From positions 16,059 to 80,058 of the forward strand of contig JBGAJQ010000017.1 in the NCBI GenBank assembly GCA_044224875.1: 64,000 nt of DNA, written 5' to 3'. A program made the translations under genes and the position numbers. A model generated the notes under the pieces. The model saw only the letters and a list, made by a program, of their open reading frames with translations. It was not told where the DNA came from and ran no database searches. The stretch comes from Gemmatimonadaceae bacterium (GTDB lineage Bacteria; Gemmatimonadota; Gemmatimonadetes; Gemmatimonadales; Gemmatimonadaceae). This document shows, one piece after another, positions 19,973 to 29,797 of this stretch. Position 1 is the first letter of the stretch. Each line of letters begins with the position of its first letter.

Positions 19973-21370
19973 ATGCCGGCCGTTGATGTCGTCATCATAG
20001 GCGGCGGGCCGGGCGGATACGTGGCTGCCATTCGTGCGGCCCAGCTCGGTCTCTCCACCGTGTGCGTCGAGATGGACAAGACCCTCGGTGGCACATGCGT
20101 GAACGTCGGCTGCATTCCGTCCAAGGCGCTCCTTCAGTCCTCGGAGCACTACGAATTCGCGCGGCTCCACGCCCACGAGCATGGGCTGGGATACGATGAA
20201 CTTCATCTGGACCTGGGCCAGATGATGAAGCGAAAAGACGAGGTGGTCGCCGCGAACACGCGGGGTGTGGAGTTCCTGTTCAAGAAGAACAAGGTGACGT
20301 GGGCGCGCGGTAAGGGCACGCTGCTTCCGGGGAACGTGGTCGAGGTGACAGCTCCCGATGGGGCCGTTCAGCGTTATGGGGCCCGCCATGTCATCATCGC
20401 AACCGGTTCGGTCCCGATCGAGCTTCCCTTCCTCCGGTTCGACGAGCAGCGGGTGCTGTCGAACGTTGGTGCGCTGAGGATCCCGGAGGTCCCGCGACAT
20501 CTCGTGGTCATCGGCGGCGGCGTGATTGGCCTGGAACTCGGCTCCGTGTGGCGGCGGCTTGGTGCAAAGGTCACCGTGGTTGAGCTGATGCCCGGCATCC
20601 TTCCTGGGAACGACGAGGACGTGGTGCGCGAAGCAGATCGCGTCTTCCGAAAGCAGGGGTTGGAGCTGCGCGTCGGGACCCGCGTCACGGGAGCGGACGT
20701 ACAGACGGACCGTGTACTCGTCCAGTTGGAGAAGGACGGCGTCTCCGAGACTCTCGACGCCGACCGCGTGCTCGTTTCGGTGGGGCGTCGCCCGGCGCTA
20801 CTCGGCGTGGATGCGGCAGCGCTCGGACTCGCCCTCGGCTCGCGCGGCGAGGTGAAGGTCGACGCGCAGATGCGCACCAACCTGCCTAACGTCTATGCCA
20901 TTGGGGACGCAGTTGGAGGCAAGCTGCTCGCGCACAAGGCCGAGGAAGAAGGCGTGGTCGCGGCCGAAGTGATCGCGGGGAAGCCGGTGCACATGCACTA
21001 CCACAGCATGCCCAGCGTGGTATACACGTGGCCAGAAGTGGCCAGCGTTGGCCTTGCCGAACACGAAGTGCGCGCGGCGGGACGCGCCTACAAGGTGGGC
21101 AAGTTTCCATTCAGCGCGAACGGCCGGGCGCGAACCATGGGCGAAAATGCAGGGTTCGTGAAATTCATTGCCGATGCGACAACCGATGAGTTGCTCGGCT
21201 GTCACATGATTGGCCCTAACGTGTCCGAATTGATCGCCGAGGTCGTGCTGGCGTTCGAGTACCGGGGAGCCTCGGAGGACATAGGGATCACGGTGCATTC
21301 ACACCCCACCATTTCCGAGGCCGTGAAGGAAGCCGCGTTGGCTGTATTGGGCCGCGCGATTCACATCTAG
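19973..21370 (+). CDS. lpdA: Dihydrolipoamide dehydrogenase (E3)
   Basis: GGGPGGY, GGTCVNVGCIPSK redox disulfide and HPTISE. Confidence 0.96.
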   Translation: MPAVDVVIIGGGPGGYVAAIRAAQLGLSTVCVEMDKTLGGTCVNVGCIPSKALLQSSEHYEFARLHAHEHGLGYDELHLDLGQMMKRKDEVVAANTRGVEFLFKKNKVTWARGKGTLLPGNVVEVTAPDGAVQRYGARHVIIATGSVPIELPFLRFDEQRVLSNVGALRIPEVPRHLVVIGGGVIGLELGSVWRRLGAKVTVVELMPGILPGNDEDVVREADRVFRKQGLELRVGTRVTGADVQTDRVLVQLEKDGVSETLDADRVLVSVGRRPALLGVDAAALGLALGSRGEVKVDAQMRTNLPNVYAIGDAVGGKLLAHKAEEEGVVAAEVIAGKPVHMHYHSMPSVVYTWPEVASVGLAEHEVRAAGRAYKVGKFPFSANGRARTMGENAGFVKFIADATTDELLGCHMIGPNVSELIAEVVLAFEYRGASEDIGITVHSHPTISEAVKEAALAVLGRAIHI

Positions 21371-21430
21371 CGTTATGCAGCTCGATCCCTCATCATCACC
21401 AGCGTTCACTCAACTTCGTGGAGTCGTTTG

Positions 21431-22564
21431 ATGTCTACAGTGATCGATCCTTCGGCCGGTGCGTCAGCGAAAGCTGACAGCGCGTTTGGCCGTTTTTTTC
21501 TTCCCGGTCCCACCGAGGTACGGCTGGACGTCCTGCAGGCCATGACCAAGCCGATGATCGGTCATCGGGGCAAGGGCATCGAGGAGTTGATGGGCCGCAT
21601 CTCACCTCGCTTGCAGAAGGTATTCCGGACATCGCGTGCGGTGTACAGCGTGTCGTCGTCGGCCACCGGCCTCATGGAGGCGGGTGTGCGCAATGCCGTG
21701 CGCGAGCGCGTGTTGTGCCTGATCAACGGCTCCTTCTCCGAGCGATTCTACAAGGCCGCAAAGAACTCCGGGGTGCCGTGCGATAAGCTGGAGGTCCCGT
21801 ACGGAGCCTATCATTCGCCAGAGATGCTGGCGGATGCATTGAAGAAAGGTTCGTACGACGCCGTCACGATGGTCCACTCCGAGACATCCACTGGCGTGCT
21901 GAACCCGATCCGCGACCTGGCTCGTGTCGCCCACGAGTCTGGTGACGTGGTGGTCATTGTCGATACGGTTTCCAGCATGGCGGGAGCGTCGGTGGAATGC
22001 GACGCGTGGGAGCTCGACTACGTATGTACGGGATCACAGAAGGCCTTCGCCGTTCCACCCGGCCTCGCATTCTGCACCGGCAACGAGCGGATTTTTGAGC
22101 GGGCGCGTAGCAGCAATCGACGCGGCCTGTACTTCGACATCCTGGAGCTGGACGACTACTACAAGAAGAACCAGACTCCCAACACGCCGGCGGTGTCATT
22201 GCTCTATGCCTTGGACGTTCAGCTCCAACACATCGAACGGGAAGGGATCGAGGCCCGCTGGGCGCGTCACACGGCCATGGCCAACCGGACCTATGCCTGG
22301 GTGAAGGAAATGCAGGGCGCCGGTGTGCCACTGACGATCTTCGCGCCGGATGGCTATCGCTCGCCATGCGTGACCTGCATTGGCATGCCACCCGGAAAGC
22401 TCGGTTCCGCTGTCACGGCGGACATGAAGAAGAAGGGCTTTGTGATTGGCTCCGGTTACGGCAAGCTCAAGGACGACATGGTTCGCGTGGGTCACATGGG
22501 CGATCACACCGTCGACGAATTGAACGTGCTCCTCGACGCACTCCGCGAGGTGCTTTCCGCATGA
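21431..22564 (+). CDS. Class-V aminotransferase (serine/alanine-glyoxylate type; probable phosphoserine aminotransferase substitute)
   Basis: FLPGPTEV, HSETSTGV, DTVSS, GSQKAFAVPPG and RVGHMG; coupled to serA. Confidence 0.88.
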   Translation: MSTVIDPSAGASAKADSAFGRFFLPGPTEVRLDVLQAMTKPMIGHRGKGIEELMGRISPRLQKVFRTSRAVYSVSSSATGLMEAGVRNAVRERVLCLINGSFSERFYKAAKNSGVPCDKLEVPYGAYHSPEMLADALKKGSYDAVTMVHSETSTGVLNPIRDLARVAHESGDVVVIVDTVSSMAGASVECDAWELDYVCTGSQKAFAVPPGLAFCTGNERIFERARSSNRRGLYFDILELDDYYKKNQTPNTPAVSLLYALDVQLQHIEREGIEARWARHTAMANRTYAWVKEMQGAGVPLTIFAPDGYRSPCVTCIGMPPGKLGSAVTADMKKKGFVIGSGYGKLKDDMVRVGHMGDHTVDELNVLLDALREVLSA

Positions 22565-23538
22565 GCGCCAAGTTCAAGGTCCTTGTCGCCGATGCCATTT
22601 CAGTGGACGGCCTCGCGCCCCTTCGCGACGACGCTCGGTTTGAGCTGACAGTCAAACCCGGACTCAAAGGTGCGGACCTGGCCGAAGCCATCGCCGGTGC
22701 CGACGCCGTGCTGGTACGCAGCGCAACCAAGATCACCCGCGATTCGCTGGCCAAGGCGGAGCACCTGAAGGCGATCGGCCGCGCCGGTGTAGGGGTGGAC
22801 ACGATCGATGTCGCCGCCGCCAGCGAAAAGGGGATCCCCGTCCTCATTGCGCCTGGCGGGAACACCATCTCCGCGGCAGAACTCACCATGGCGCTGTTGC
22901 TCTCGCTGGCGCGTAAGGTACCGGCCGCCGATCGCTCGATGCGGGCCGGTGAGTGGGACAAGAAGAGCTTCTCCGGCATCGAGCTCTATGGCAAGACGTT
23001 AGGTCTGGTCGGCGCCGGACGCATTGGATCGCAAGTCGCCAAGCGGGCACGGGCGTTCGGGATGACCGTCCTCATCTTCGATCCTTACATCACCAAGGAA
23101 CGCGCCCGTGAGCTCGACGCCGAGGCGGCCACCCTCGACGACGTGCTGAGCCGCGGGGACGTCATCTCGGTACACGTCCCGCTGACGGATGCGACGAAGG
23201 GACTGATTGGGAACGCGCAGTTCGCGCGCATGAAACCCACCACAATCGTTTTGAACGTGGCGCGTGGAGGCGTGGTCGACGAAACGGCGTTGCTCGCCGC
23301 GCTGCAGGAAAAGAAGATCGCCGGAGCTGCGCTCGACGTGTTTGAGCTCGAGCCGCTCCCAGCGGATCATCCGTTCCGGACGCTGCCAAACGTTGTCCTG
23401 ACACCGCACCTCGGCGCATCGACGTCTGAGGCCCAGGAGAAGGTCGCCGTTGAAATCGCGGAAGTGATCCGCGATGTCCTGCTGCATGGTGACGTTTCGG
23501 CGGCCGTCAACGCGCAAGCAATCAGCAAGCGATCATAG
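22561..23538 (+). CDS. serA: D-3-phosphoglycerate dehydrogenase (short form, no ACT domain)
   Basis: VRSATKIT, RAGVGVD, GNTISAAE, GAGRIG and TPHLGASTSEAQ. Confidence 0.85.
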   Translation: MSAKFKVLVADAISVDGLAPLRDDARFELTVKPGLKGADLAEAIAGADAVLVRSATKITRDSLAKAEHLKAIGRAGVGVDTIDVAAASEKGIPVLIAPGGNTISAAELTMALLLSLARKVPAADRSMRAGEWDKKSFSGIELYGKTLGLVGAGRIGSQVAKRARAFGMTVLIFDPYITKERARELDAEAATLDDVLSRGDVISVHVPLTDATKGLIGNAQFARMKPTTIVLNVARGGVVDETALLAALQEKKIAGAALDVFELEPLPADHPFRTLPNVVLTPHLGASTSEAQEKVAVEIAEVIRDVLLHGDVSAAVNAQAISKRS

Positions 23539-24774
23539 TCCCAGCAAGGCCATCACCAACCCGCTGCGAATCTTTGGGACGAACCATGTGGACTTGGGTG
23601 GCATCAGCTTTCCCTGCAGGCAGACATCGATGAATTGCCGCATGGTCACGGCAGGGAGCGTGACCGCCAAGGCCTGGCGTCCGGCATCCACCTCGCCCTG
23701 AAGCCAAGCGGCGTCGCGGTTCGCGCCAACAAACGTCAGTCGTTCGTCGCGCGCATCGTGAACGCCAAGCACGTCGGAGAACAGGAGACGCTGGCAGATG
23801 TCCGCGTCGATGTCCTGCGCGGCGTCCGACGGGTCGAAGGTACCAGGGAGCGGCCTCAGACGCCACCAACGCGCCCCGTCATAGAGGCCCCACTCGTGGG
23901 TTGTCGTCGGCTGCAACGGTGGACCGTCGTACGCGTCGACCGCGAAGTGCTTCCGGATTCGTGGCAACAGGTCGCCCGGTGGGACGGCGTCGTGGTCGAC
24001 CAGTCGATTGTACGGTGCGATCGTCATTGTGGGGGCGGGAAAGAACACGGCGAGGTAATGCTGGTAGCCGAGCATGGCCGCGGCGGCACTGCGGTGGTTA
24101 CCGTCCGCGACGTACGCCCGCGGCTCGCCGCCGATCAGCCGCTGAAACTCACGAATGGCCGCAGTGTCCGTGACCACCCACACCCGGTGGTGATTTCCCA
24201 GCTCATCGTCCGTTTCGAACGACGGCGCGTGCGCCTTCGCGTACGACCCCAGCTCGTGGCGCAGCGCCCCGGAAGCGTCATCGACCGCCAGGTTCACCGT
24301 TCCCATGTCGGCACCCGTCGCCTTGGTGAGGTCGGCCCGACCCCGTGCCTTTGGCTCACGAATGCCTTCGTTGCGAATGATGGTACCTGAACGATTGTCA
24401 TCCGTTCGGATCTCGGATGTGAGCGCCATCCCACCAATGCCGATCTGTGGCGCATCGGCGTGCCCGGGCCGTAGGATCTCGTACACCCACAACATGTTCT
24501 GCACGCGGCGTGTTCGCGGACTGGCGACGAGCGCTTGCATCTCTCTCTTCGCGTGCGCCAACGCCTCGGGTCCGCCGTCGTCGCCGATTTGCTCAACGGA
24601 CTTCACATGACAGTGAGGCATCGTCGCACGCAACACGGATTCCGGACGCGACTGCAGCAGCTCCCAGACTTCAGCGTCACTCTGGAATTCATCGTAGTTC
24701 GGCGCGCCGAGCGCGTCGGCGGCAGCGGAGTCAACGGGAACGAGGGCGTTCGGTACGGGGTCGATCCTGGGCAT
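23533..24774 (-). CDS. DUF1015 family protein
   Basis: PNYD, YVADGNHRSAAA, PYNRLV and MPPKSTWFVPKIRSGL, all typical of DUF1015. Confidence 0.85.
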   Translation of the reverse strand: MPRIDPVPNALVPVDSAAADALGAPNYDEFQSDAEVWELLQSRPESVLRATMPHCHVKSVEQIGDDGGPEALAHAKREMQALVASPRTRRVQNMLWVYEILRPGHADAPQIGIGGMALTSEIRTDDNRSGTIIRNEGIREPKARGRADLTKATGADMGTVNLAVDDASGALRHELGSYAKAHAPSFETDDELGNHHRVWVVTDTAAIREFQRLIGGEPRAYVADGNHRSAAAAMLGYQHYLAVFFPAPTMTIAPYNRLVDHDAVPPGDLLPRIRKHFAVDAYDGPPLQPTTTHEWGLYDGARWWRLRPLPGTFDPSDAAQDIDADICQRLLFSDVLGVHDARDERLTFVGANRDAAWLQGEVDAGRQALAVTLPAVTMRQFIDVCLQGKLMPPKSTWFVPKIRSGLVMALLGL

Positions 24775-24821
24775 GTGCTGAAACGGAGTGAGAGAGCGTC
24801 GCGCGAGTGGAAGCGCGACCG

Positions 24822-24983
24822 TTAGGGCAGGTATTCCTTGGCCCACTTGCGGGCGTAGTACACACCTGCGCCGGTGCCAACGGCGCTGAGCGACACGGCG
24901 GTGTAGAGTCCCACGAAGTTGCCAAGCCACCATCCAACGGCACCGCCGATCGCTGAGCCGAGCAAGACGATGATCTTGTTCAT
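24822..24983 (-). CDS. Small Gly-rich two-helix membrane protein (53 aa, not in ORF track)
   Basis: Translated by hand: MNKIIVLLGSAIGGAVGWWLGNFVGLYTAVSLSAVGTGAGVYYARKWAKEYLP*. It starts 2 nt after the cupin stop. Confidence 0.75.
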   Translation of the reverse strand: MNKIIVLLGSAIGGAVGWWLGNFVGLYTAVSLSAVGTGAGVYYARKWAKEYLP

Positions 24984-24985
24984 GG

Positions 24986-25354
24986 TTAGATCCGAACGCC
25001 GTCGGGTGCCGTCAATGTCTCGTGGTGGACGTTACCCGTGTTTCGCGTCGCCGCCGGTTCAAACAGCAGGACGTGTGCCTCCACGTCGGCCACCGGACGG
25101 TGCTCCACGCCCTTGGGCACAATGAGGAACTCCCCGGGCAACAGGTGCACCACGTGATCTCGAAACTCGATGCGCATCTCCCCGGACAGCAGGAGGAAGA
25201 GCTCGTCCTCGTGCACGTGGTGATGCCAGACGAACTCGCCGTGCAGCTTCACTAGCTTCACTTCCTGCCCGTTCAACTCGCCAACAACCTTGGGCCGCCA
25301 ATGCTCCGTGATCTGTGAGAGCTTGTCGGCGAGGCGGACCTTATCGAGGGGCAT
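24986..25354 (-). CDS. Cupin domain protein
   Basis: GEFVWHHHVHEDELF...VPKGVEHRP. Confidence 0.9.
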   Translation of the reverse strand: MPLDKVRLADKLSQITEHWRPKVVGELNGQEVKLVKLHGEFVWHHHVHEDELFLLLSGEMRIEFRDHVVHLLPGEFLIVPKGVEHRPVADVEAHVLLFEPAATRNTGNVHHETLTAPDGVRI

Positions 25355-25732
25355 GGCGCCTATCGTGAATGGAATGCACAGGCTGAGCGCGGACGATGAC
25401 CACGGCCGCGTTTGATTGGAAGCGCAAAGGACGGAATGCCGAAGGAGTCAACGCAAACATTGCTCGGCCGCCGCGAGAATCCGCGCCGTGCCGCATGTAC
25501 GTGCTTGCCTTCGCTACAGTTAAGTATCAAGGGCGTATGGGGAGGTCGCCAGAGGGCTGTTCTTCGGAACGGCCCGGATGTTCGAAGCTATATTCGGGGC
25601 GTGTGCGCAATCGCGGGAATCTCGATGACGAAACCTGTTGCATCCGCGATCGATGCAACCCGGACGGTTCGCAGCGACAAGCAAACACCAGCGGCTCGTC
25701 TCGACCACTGACGCATTTGGGGAGGTGGCACT

Positions 25733-26493
25733 ATGGCTCGCATCGTACCGTCTGTCCTTCGCCTGGCCATTGCGACGAGCGTGGTCGCCTGCGCGGACGC
25801 CTCGTCGCCTCTGGCCACCGCTCCGCTGGCGTCCAAAGAGTCGGTCGCCAGCTACAATGTCCAGGCATTGCCTATTCCCGCCAATGCGCTGTACGGCGAG
25901 GCGAGTGCCATAAATGACGCTGGCATCATCGCCGGTTGGCATACCACGGGAAATGTCTGGTCCGCCGTGGCGTGGAATGCCGCAGGCACCCAACTGCTCG
26001 ACCTCGGGAAGCTTCCCGGATACCAGTCGGCGCTGGCCAAGGGCATCAATGCTTCGGGGACCATCGTGGGCTACGTGCTGAGTGCGGGTTTCGCGAGCTC
26101 TCGCGCCTTCAGATGGACGCGCACCGGAGGGATGCAGCCACTCGCCGACCTTGGTGGGACAGGGGGGATCGCGCTGTCCATCAATTCGTCCGGCACGGCG
26201 GCAGGTTGGGCGCCGGCATGCGCGCCATCACGCCTATGGGCCCGAATTCCGAAGCGTACGGCGTGAGTGACCTCAATCGCGTCGTCGGGAAGCGCACCAC
26301 CAGTGGCGTGCTTGGGCTCACATTCTTTCACAGTGCGGCCGCTTCACTCCCTGACCTGGCCCCAGCGAAAGGTCCGTTCTCCGCCGCGACGTCAGTCAAT
26401 CGCTGCGGAACCGCAGTGGGATCGAGTGCGAGTCCGCAACCGACAAACGGAAATTCCGTTCCGGTGATCTGGCGTCAGTCGCCCTGCGACTGA
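25733..26493 (+). pseudogene. HAF-repeat extracellular lipoprotein, broken by a frameshift/deletion near 26210
   Basis: GGAGG RBS, VVAC lipobox and ASAINDAGIIAG / AKGINASGTIVG repeats. The C-terminus (VNRCG...W...PCD*) is in another frame. Confidence 0.75.
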
Positions 26494-26531
26494 CGCGCCG
26501 CTCCTTCTTCGCCGCGCCGTTGATCAAGCCA

Positions 26532-27011
26532 ATGCTCTCGCCCCCGATCGCAGAGGACGCGCGAGCCGTACGCGAACTCGCCGAGACCGGCGTGCCGACG
26601 CGCTACCAACCGGTCCTTCGCGAGCACCTCGAACGAGCGCTGCATAACACCGATGGCGATGAACGCCTGTTGCTCAGTCGCGATCGCCCGAATGGCGCCA
26701 TCACGGGATTCGTCCTGTTTGGCGTGGTGCCCGGCACCCTGGGTGCCGGCCGTATTCGAGGAATCGCCGTGGGCCCGATGGCCAGGCGCCGCGGCGTTGG
26801 ACGTGCCTTGCTCACGGCCGCCTGCGGGGAGCTGCGGGAGCTCGGAGCACGCTTCGTACTGGTGGAGCTGCCGGATGACGACGAATCGCGATTCCTCTGG
26901 GCGCTTCTGCAAGCCCACGGATTCCGGGAGGAGTCGCGGGCCGCGGAACTCGTGCGGCCGAATGTCGACATGCGCTACGTGCGCCTTGAACTGGATGGCT
27001 CCACCACCTGA
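26532..27011 (+). CDS. GNAT family N-acetyltransferase
   Basis: IAVGPMARRRGVGRALL acetyl-CoA binding motif A. Confidence 0.8.
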   Translation: MLSPPIAEDARAVRELAETGVPTRYQPVLREHLERALHNTDGDERLLLSRDRPNGAITGFVLFGVVPGTLGAGRIRGIAVGPMARRRGVGRALLTAACGELRELGARFVLVELPDDDESRFLWALLQAHGFREESRAAELVRPNVDMRYVRLELDGSTT

Positions 27012-27025
27012 GAGCCGGTAGCGTG

Positions 27026-29734
27026 TTACTCCCGTTGTCGCGCGAAGACCAGGGTCAGCGGCACGTAGCCATCGGCGTTGGCGTCCCCGGTGGGGAAGGT
27101 GATGCCGAGGTTTGCGAAGCCGCGCGCGTCGGGAGGATGCGGAACCAGCGGCGGCATGGTGGCCGTGCTTGGCAGGATATCGACGCTCATGCGCGTGGCC
27201 GCTGGGCCACGGACGCCGAGCTCGTACGATGCGCCCGCCCGACCCTCCAGCTGCACCACATACCGGCCACGCTCGTACCGCTCGGAGATCACGCGTAGCG
27301 CCGTCGAGCGGTCGCCGATGCGCACCGTGGCCACGGGTGGTCGCAACTCCCAGCCACCCTTCCATGTCACCAGGAGCCGCACGCGTTCCCGCAGCTTGCC
27401 ACTCACATGCGGGACGATCGCCCCGGGCAGGTACTCGGTCGGGCCTGACGCCGCCGACGAGAGCGCGATCGAGTCGGCGCCTAACGGGAGGGCGGGCGCA
27501 AAGTCGATGTCGAGCGCCCGCGCGCCAGTGCCTTGCTCGCGCCATGCCTCGAGGGTCAGGGATCGTTCGCCACGGACGATGCGGAGCGCGATCACCTCGT
27601 GCCCGACGCGCACATGCTCCACCCGCAGAGAATCCCACTCCGGGGGCAGGTGCGGAGCTACGGTAATTCGGCCCGCTGGCGCATCGACGTCCAGTCCAAT
27701 GAGTCCACGCATGAGCGGAGTCAAGACCATGGACGTGGCAAAGAACTGGTGCGGCACCGCCGTGTCCAAAGGCTTGTAGAGTCGACCCGACAGCACCTCT
27801 GGATTGCGGCCTAACGCCTCATCGAACCCCGTGCGGACGATCGCATCCAGGGCAAAACGGCCAGCCGGGGCGTTGTGATAGCGGTAGGAGGCCAGCGATA
27901 CCCATCCGGTCACGAACGGCCACACGGCGCCGTTGTTGTAGTGAAGGGGATCGAAGAGTGGACTCTGGGCCGACAACGGCCGCGCCCCCCAATCGGTCAT
28001 GATGTTTGAACTGGCGAGTCGCGCCGCCATCTCGGCGCCGTGCGCTCGATCAAAGACGTCGAACGACATCGCCGTGGCGGGCCAGGAGGTCAGGTTGTCG
28101 TTGACCGCACCCCGTTCCAGGATGGCGAACGCGTATTGACGCGCACCCGGGAGCCACAACTTCGCCTCGAGTGTCGCCAGCGCCTTCCCACGAATCGCCC
28201 GCGCCTCCGCCGCCAAAGCCGGCTCCCGCATCGCCTCCGCCATCCGCGCGAATCGTTCCAACGACGCGATCCAGACACCGGAGAGGTACACGTCCGACAC
28301 AATCCCCGCCTGAAGGTCACCAAGTTCCAGCGCGCCGGCGCCGGCCAAGGTGTTCTCCATCAACCCGTCACCATCGCTGTCGGCCCGCTTCGACCACTCG
28401 AAGGCCTTGCGCACGTTCGGCCACAACTCTCGCACCAACGCGGTATCCGCGCTCTGCCGCCAATATTCGCCAAACGCGAGGATCCAGAACGGCGTGGTGT
28501 CGCCATGGTAGAACGCGTACGGATAGGCGCCAAACCAATCGATCTTGCCCGCGCCCTGCGAGATCTCGTGCGTGATCTTTCCATCAGCGCGTTGGTACTT
28601 CGCAAAAAAGCGAAATGCACCATCACGCACGAGGTCGTGCTGGCCCACCGAGGACATGGCAAAGGAGTTGATCGACGCGTCCCCGCCGAAAAACCACCCG
28701 AATCCCGGACGATCGCTGGCGCCACCGGACAGGCCATACCCAGCGACCAACCCACATCCGAGATCGGGGTTGCAGACCATGGCATCGTCCAGGTTCACCT
28801 TGGCCCATTCCACGGCCCGGTTCAACCGCTCGTCAGGCGAAACAACCGACACACCCTGTGCACGAATGGAGTCGGCGTGCGCGACGCGACGCTGCCACTC
28901 CCGTTCCGCCGCCCGTGGCGCGCTGAGTGCCGCGTACAAGGCCCGCACGGAGTCCCGCGACACCTCACCCCCCGCCAGCACGATGGGGATGTACGCCGTC
29001 CGCACATTCACGTTCTTCCCGGGCGGCTCGCCGAGTCGTGGCTCCGTGTATCGCTCGCTGGAACTCCCGACACCGATCACGATCTGCGGTGGTGCCGCGG
29101 CGAGCATATGCGCTGGCACGTCGGAGGCTTGCGTCACGGCGGGCGAACCGAGCAATGCGTTGACCTTGCGACGACTCTCGGAGAAGATGAACGCCTTGTC
29201 TTCGTTGCTCCAGGCGACGTACTGGCCACCGAGCGACGCGGGCCACGCAAAATGAATGTCGGGTGTGAACGTGGCGATGATCTCCATCGGCCGAATGGCG
29301 TCCACTTCCAGCAAAATGATCGTCGCCGGCAGATTCAACGGTGTAAAGACGTGCTGCTTCACCGTGAACGTCTCGTACGCGTACTCGATGGTGAACCCTT
29401 CGGGCCTGACGCTCACATGGCGTGCAACGTCCCGGCCGGCCAATGGGGTCGTGTATTTGGGAACACGAAACGAGAGTTGCAGGTCGTGGAGCCACTTGAT
29501 CGGCCAGGACCACAGCTCCAACCGCCCGTCTTCCGTACCCATCGCGATGCTTCGTCGGCCCACGGCGGCCAGGTACGTACCCGGGCGGACATCGCCATTG
29601 AGCTCAATCGGCGAGCGACCGCGGTCGAACCAGCGGACGGTGCCCGGTGCTTCCTGTGCGACGAGTCGAGTCGTCGTGGGAAGGAGCAGCGCCAGTACGG
29701 CGACCGACAGATCCCGACGTAGCGAATGGTACAT
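27026..29734 (-). CDS. Secreted (alpha/alpha)6 glycosidase (amylo-alpha-1,6-glucosidase / GH116-like)
   Basis: Signal peptide, RPGFGWFFGGD, GKITHE, DSDGDGLMEN and YNNGAVWPFVTG. Confidence 0.75.
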   Translation of the reverse strand: MYHSLRRDLSVAVLALLLPTTTRLVAQEAPGTVRWFDRGRSPIELNGDVRPGTYLAAVGRRSIAMGTEDGRLELWSWPIKWLHDLQLSFRVPKYTTPLAGRDVARHVSVRPEGFTIEYAYETFTVKQHVFTPLNLPATIILLEVDAIRPMEIIATFTPDIHFAWPASLGGQYVAWSNEDKAFIFSESRRKVNALLGSPAVTQASDVPAHMLAAAPPQIVIGVGSSSERYTEPRLGEPPGKNVNVRTAYIPIVLAGGEVSRDSVRALYAALSAPRAAEREWQRRVAHADSIRAQGVSVVSPDERLNRAVEWAKVNLDDAMVCNPDLGCGLVAGYGLSGGASDRPGFGWFFGGDASINSFAMSSVGQHDLVRDGAFRFFAKYQRADGKITHEISQGAGKIDWFGAYPYAFYHGDTTPFWILAFGEYWRQSADTALVRELWPNVRKAFEWSKRADSDGDGLMENTLAGAGALELGDLQAGIVSDVYLSGVWIASLERFARMAEAMREPALAAEARAIRGKALATLEAKLWLPGARQYAFAILERGAVNDNLTSWPATAMSFDVFDRAHGAEMAARLASSNIMTDWGARPLSAQSPLFDPLHYNNGAVWPFVTGWVSLASYRYHNAPAGRFALDAIVRTGFDEALGRNPEVLSGRLYKPLDTAVPHQFFATSMVLTPLMRGLIGLDVDAPAGRITVAPHLPPEWDSLRVEHVRVGHEVIALRIVRGERSLTLEAWREQGTGARALDIDFAPALPLGADSIALSSAASGPTEYLPGAIVPHVSGKLRERVRLLVTWKGGWELRPPVATVRIGDRSTALRVISERYERGRYVVQLEGRAGASYELGVRGPAATRMSVDILPSTATMPPLVPHPPDARGFANLGITFPTGDANADGYVPLTLVFARQRE

Positions 29735-29797
29735 GGCAATTCCTGACACGGAGGTAGTGTCAGGAATGTAGAACGCGTCAGCGGTGTGTCGAGCGTC

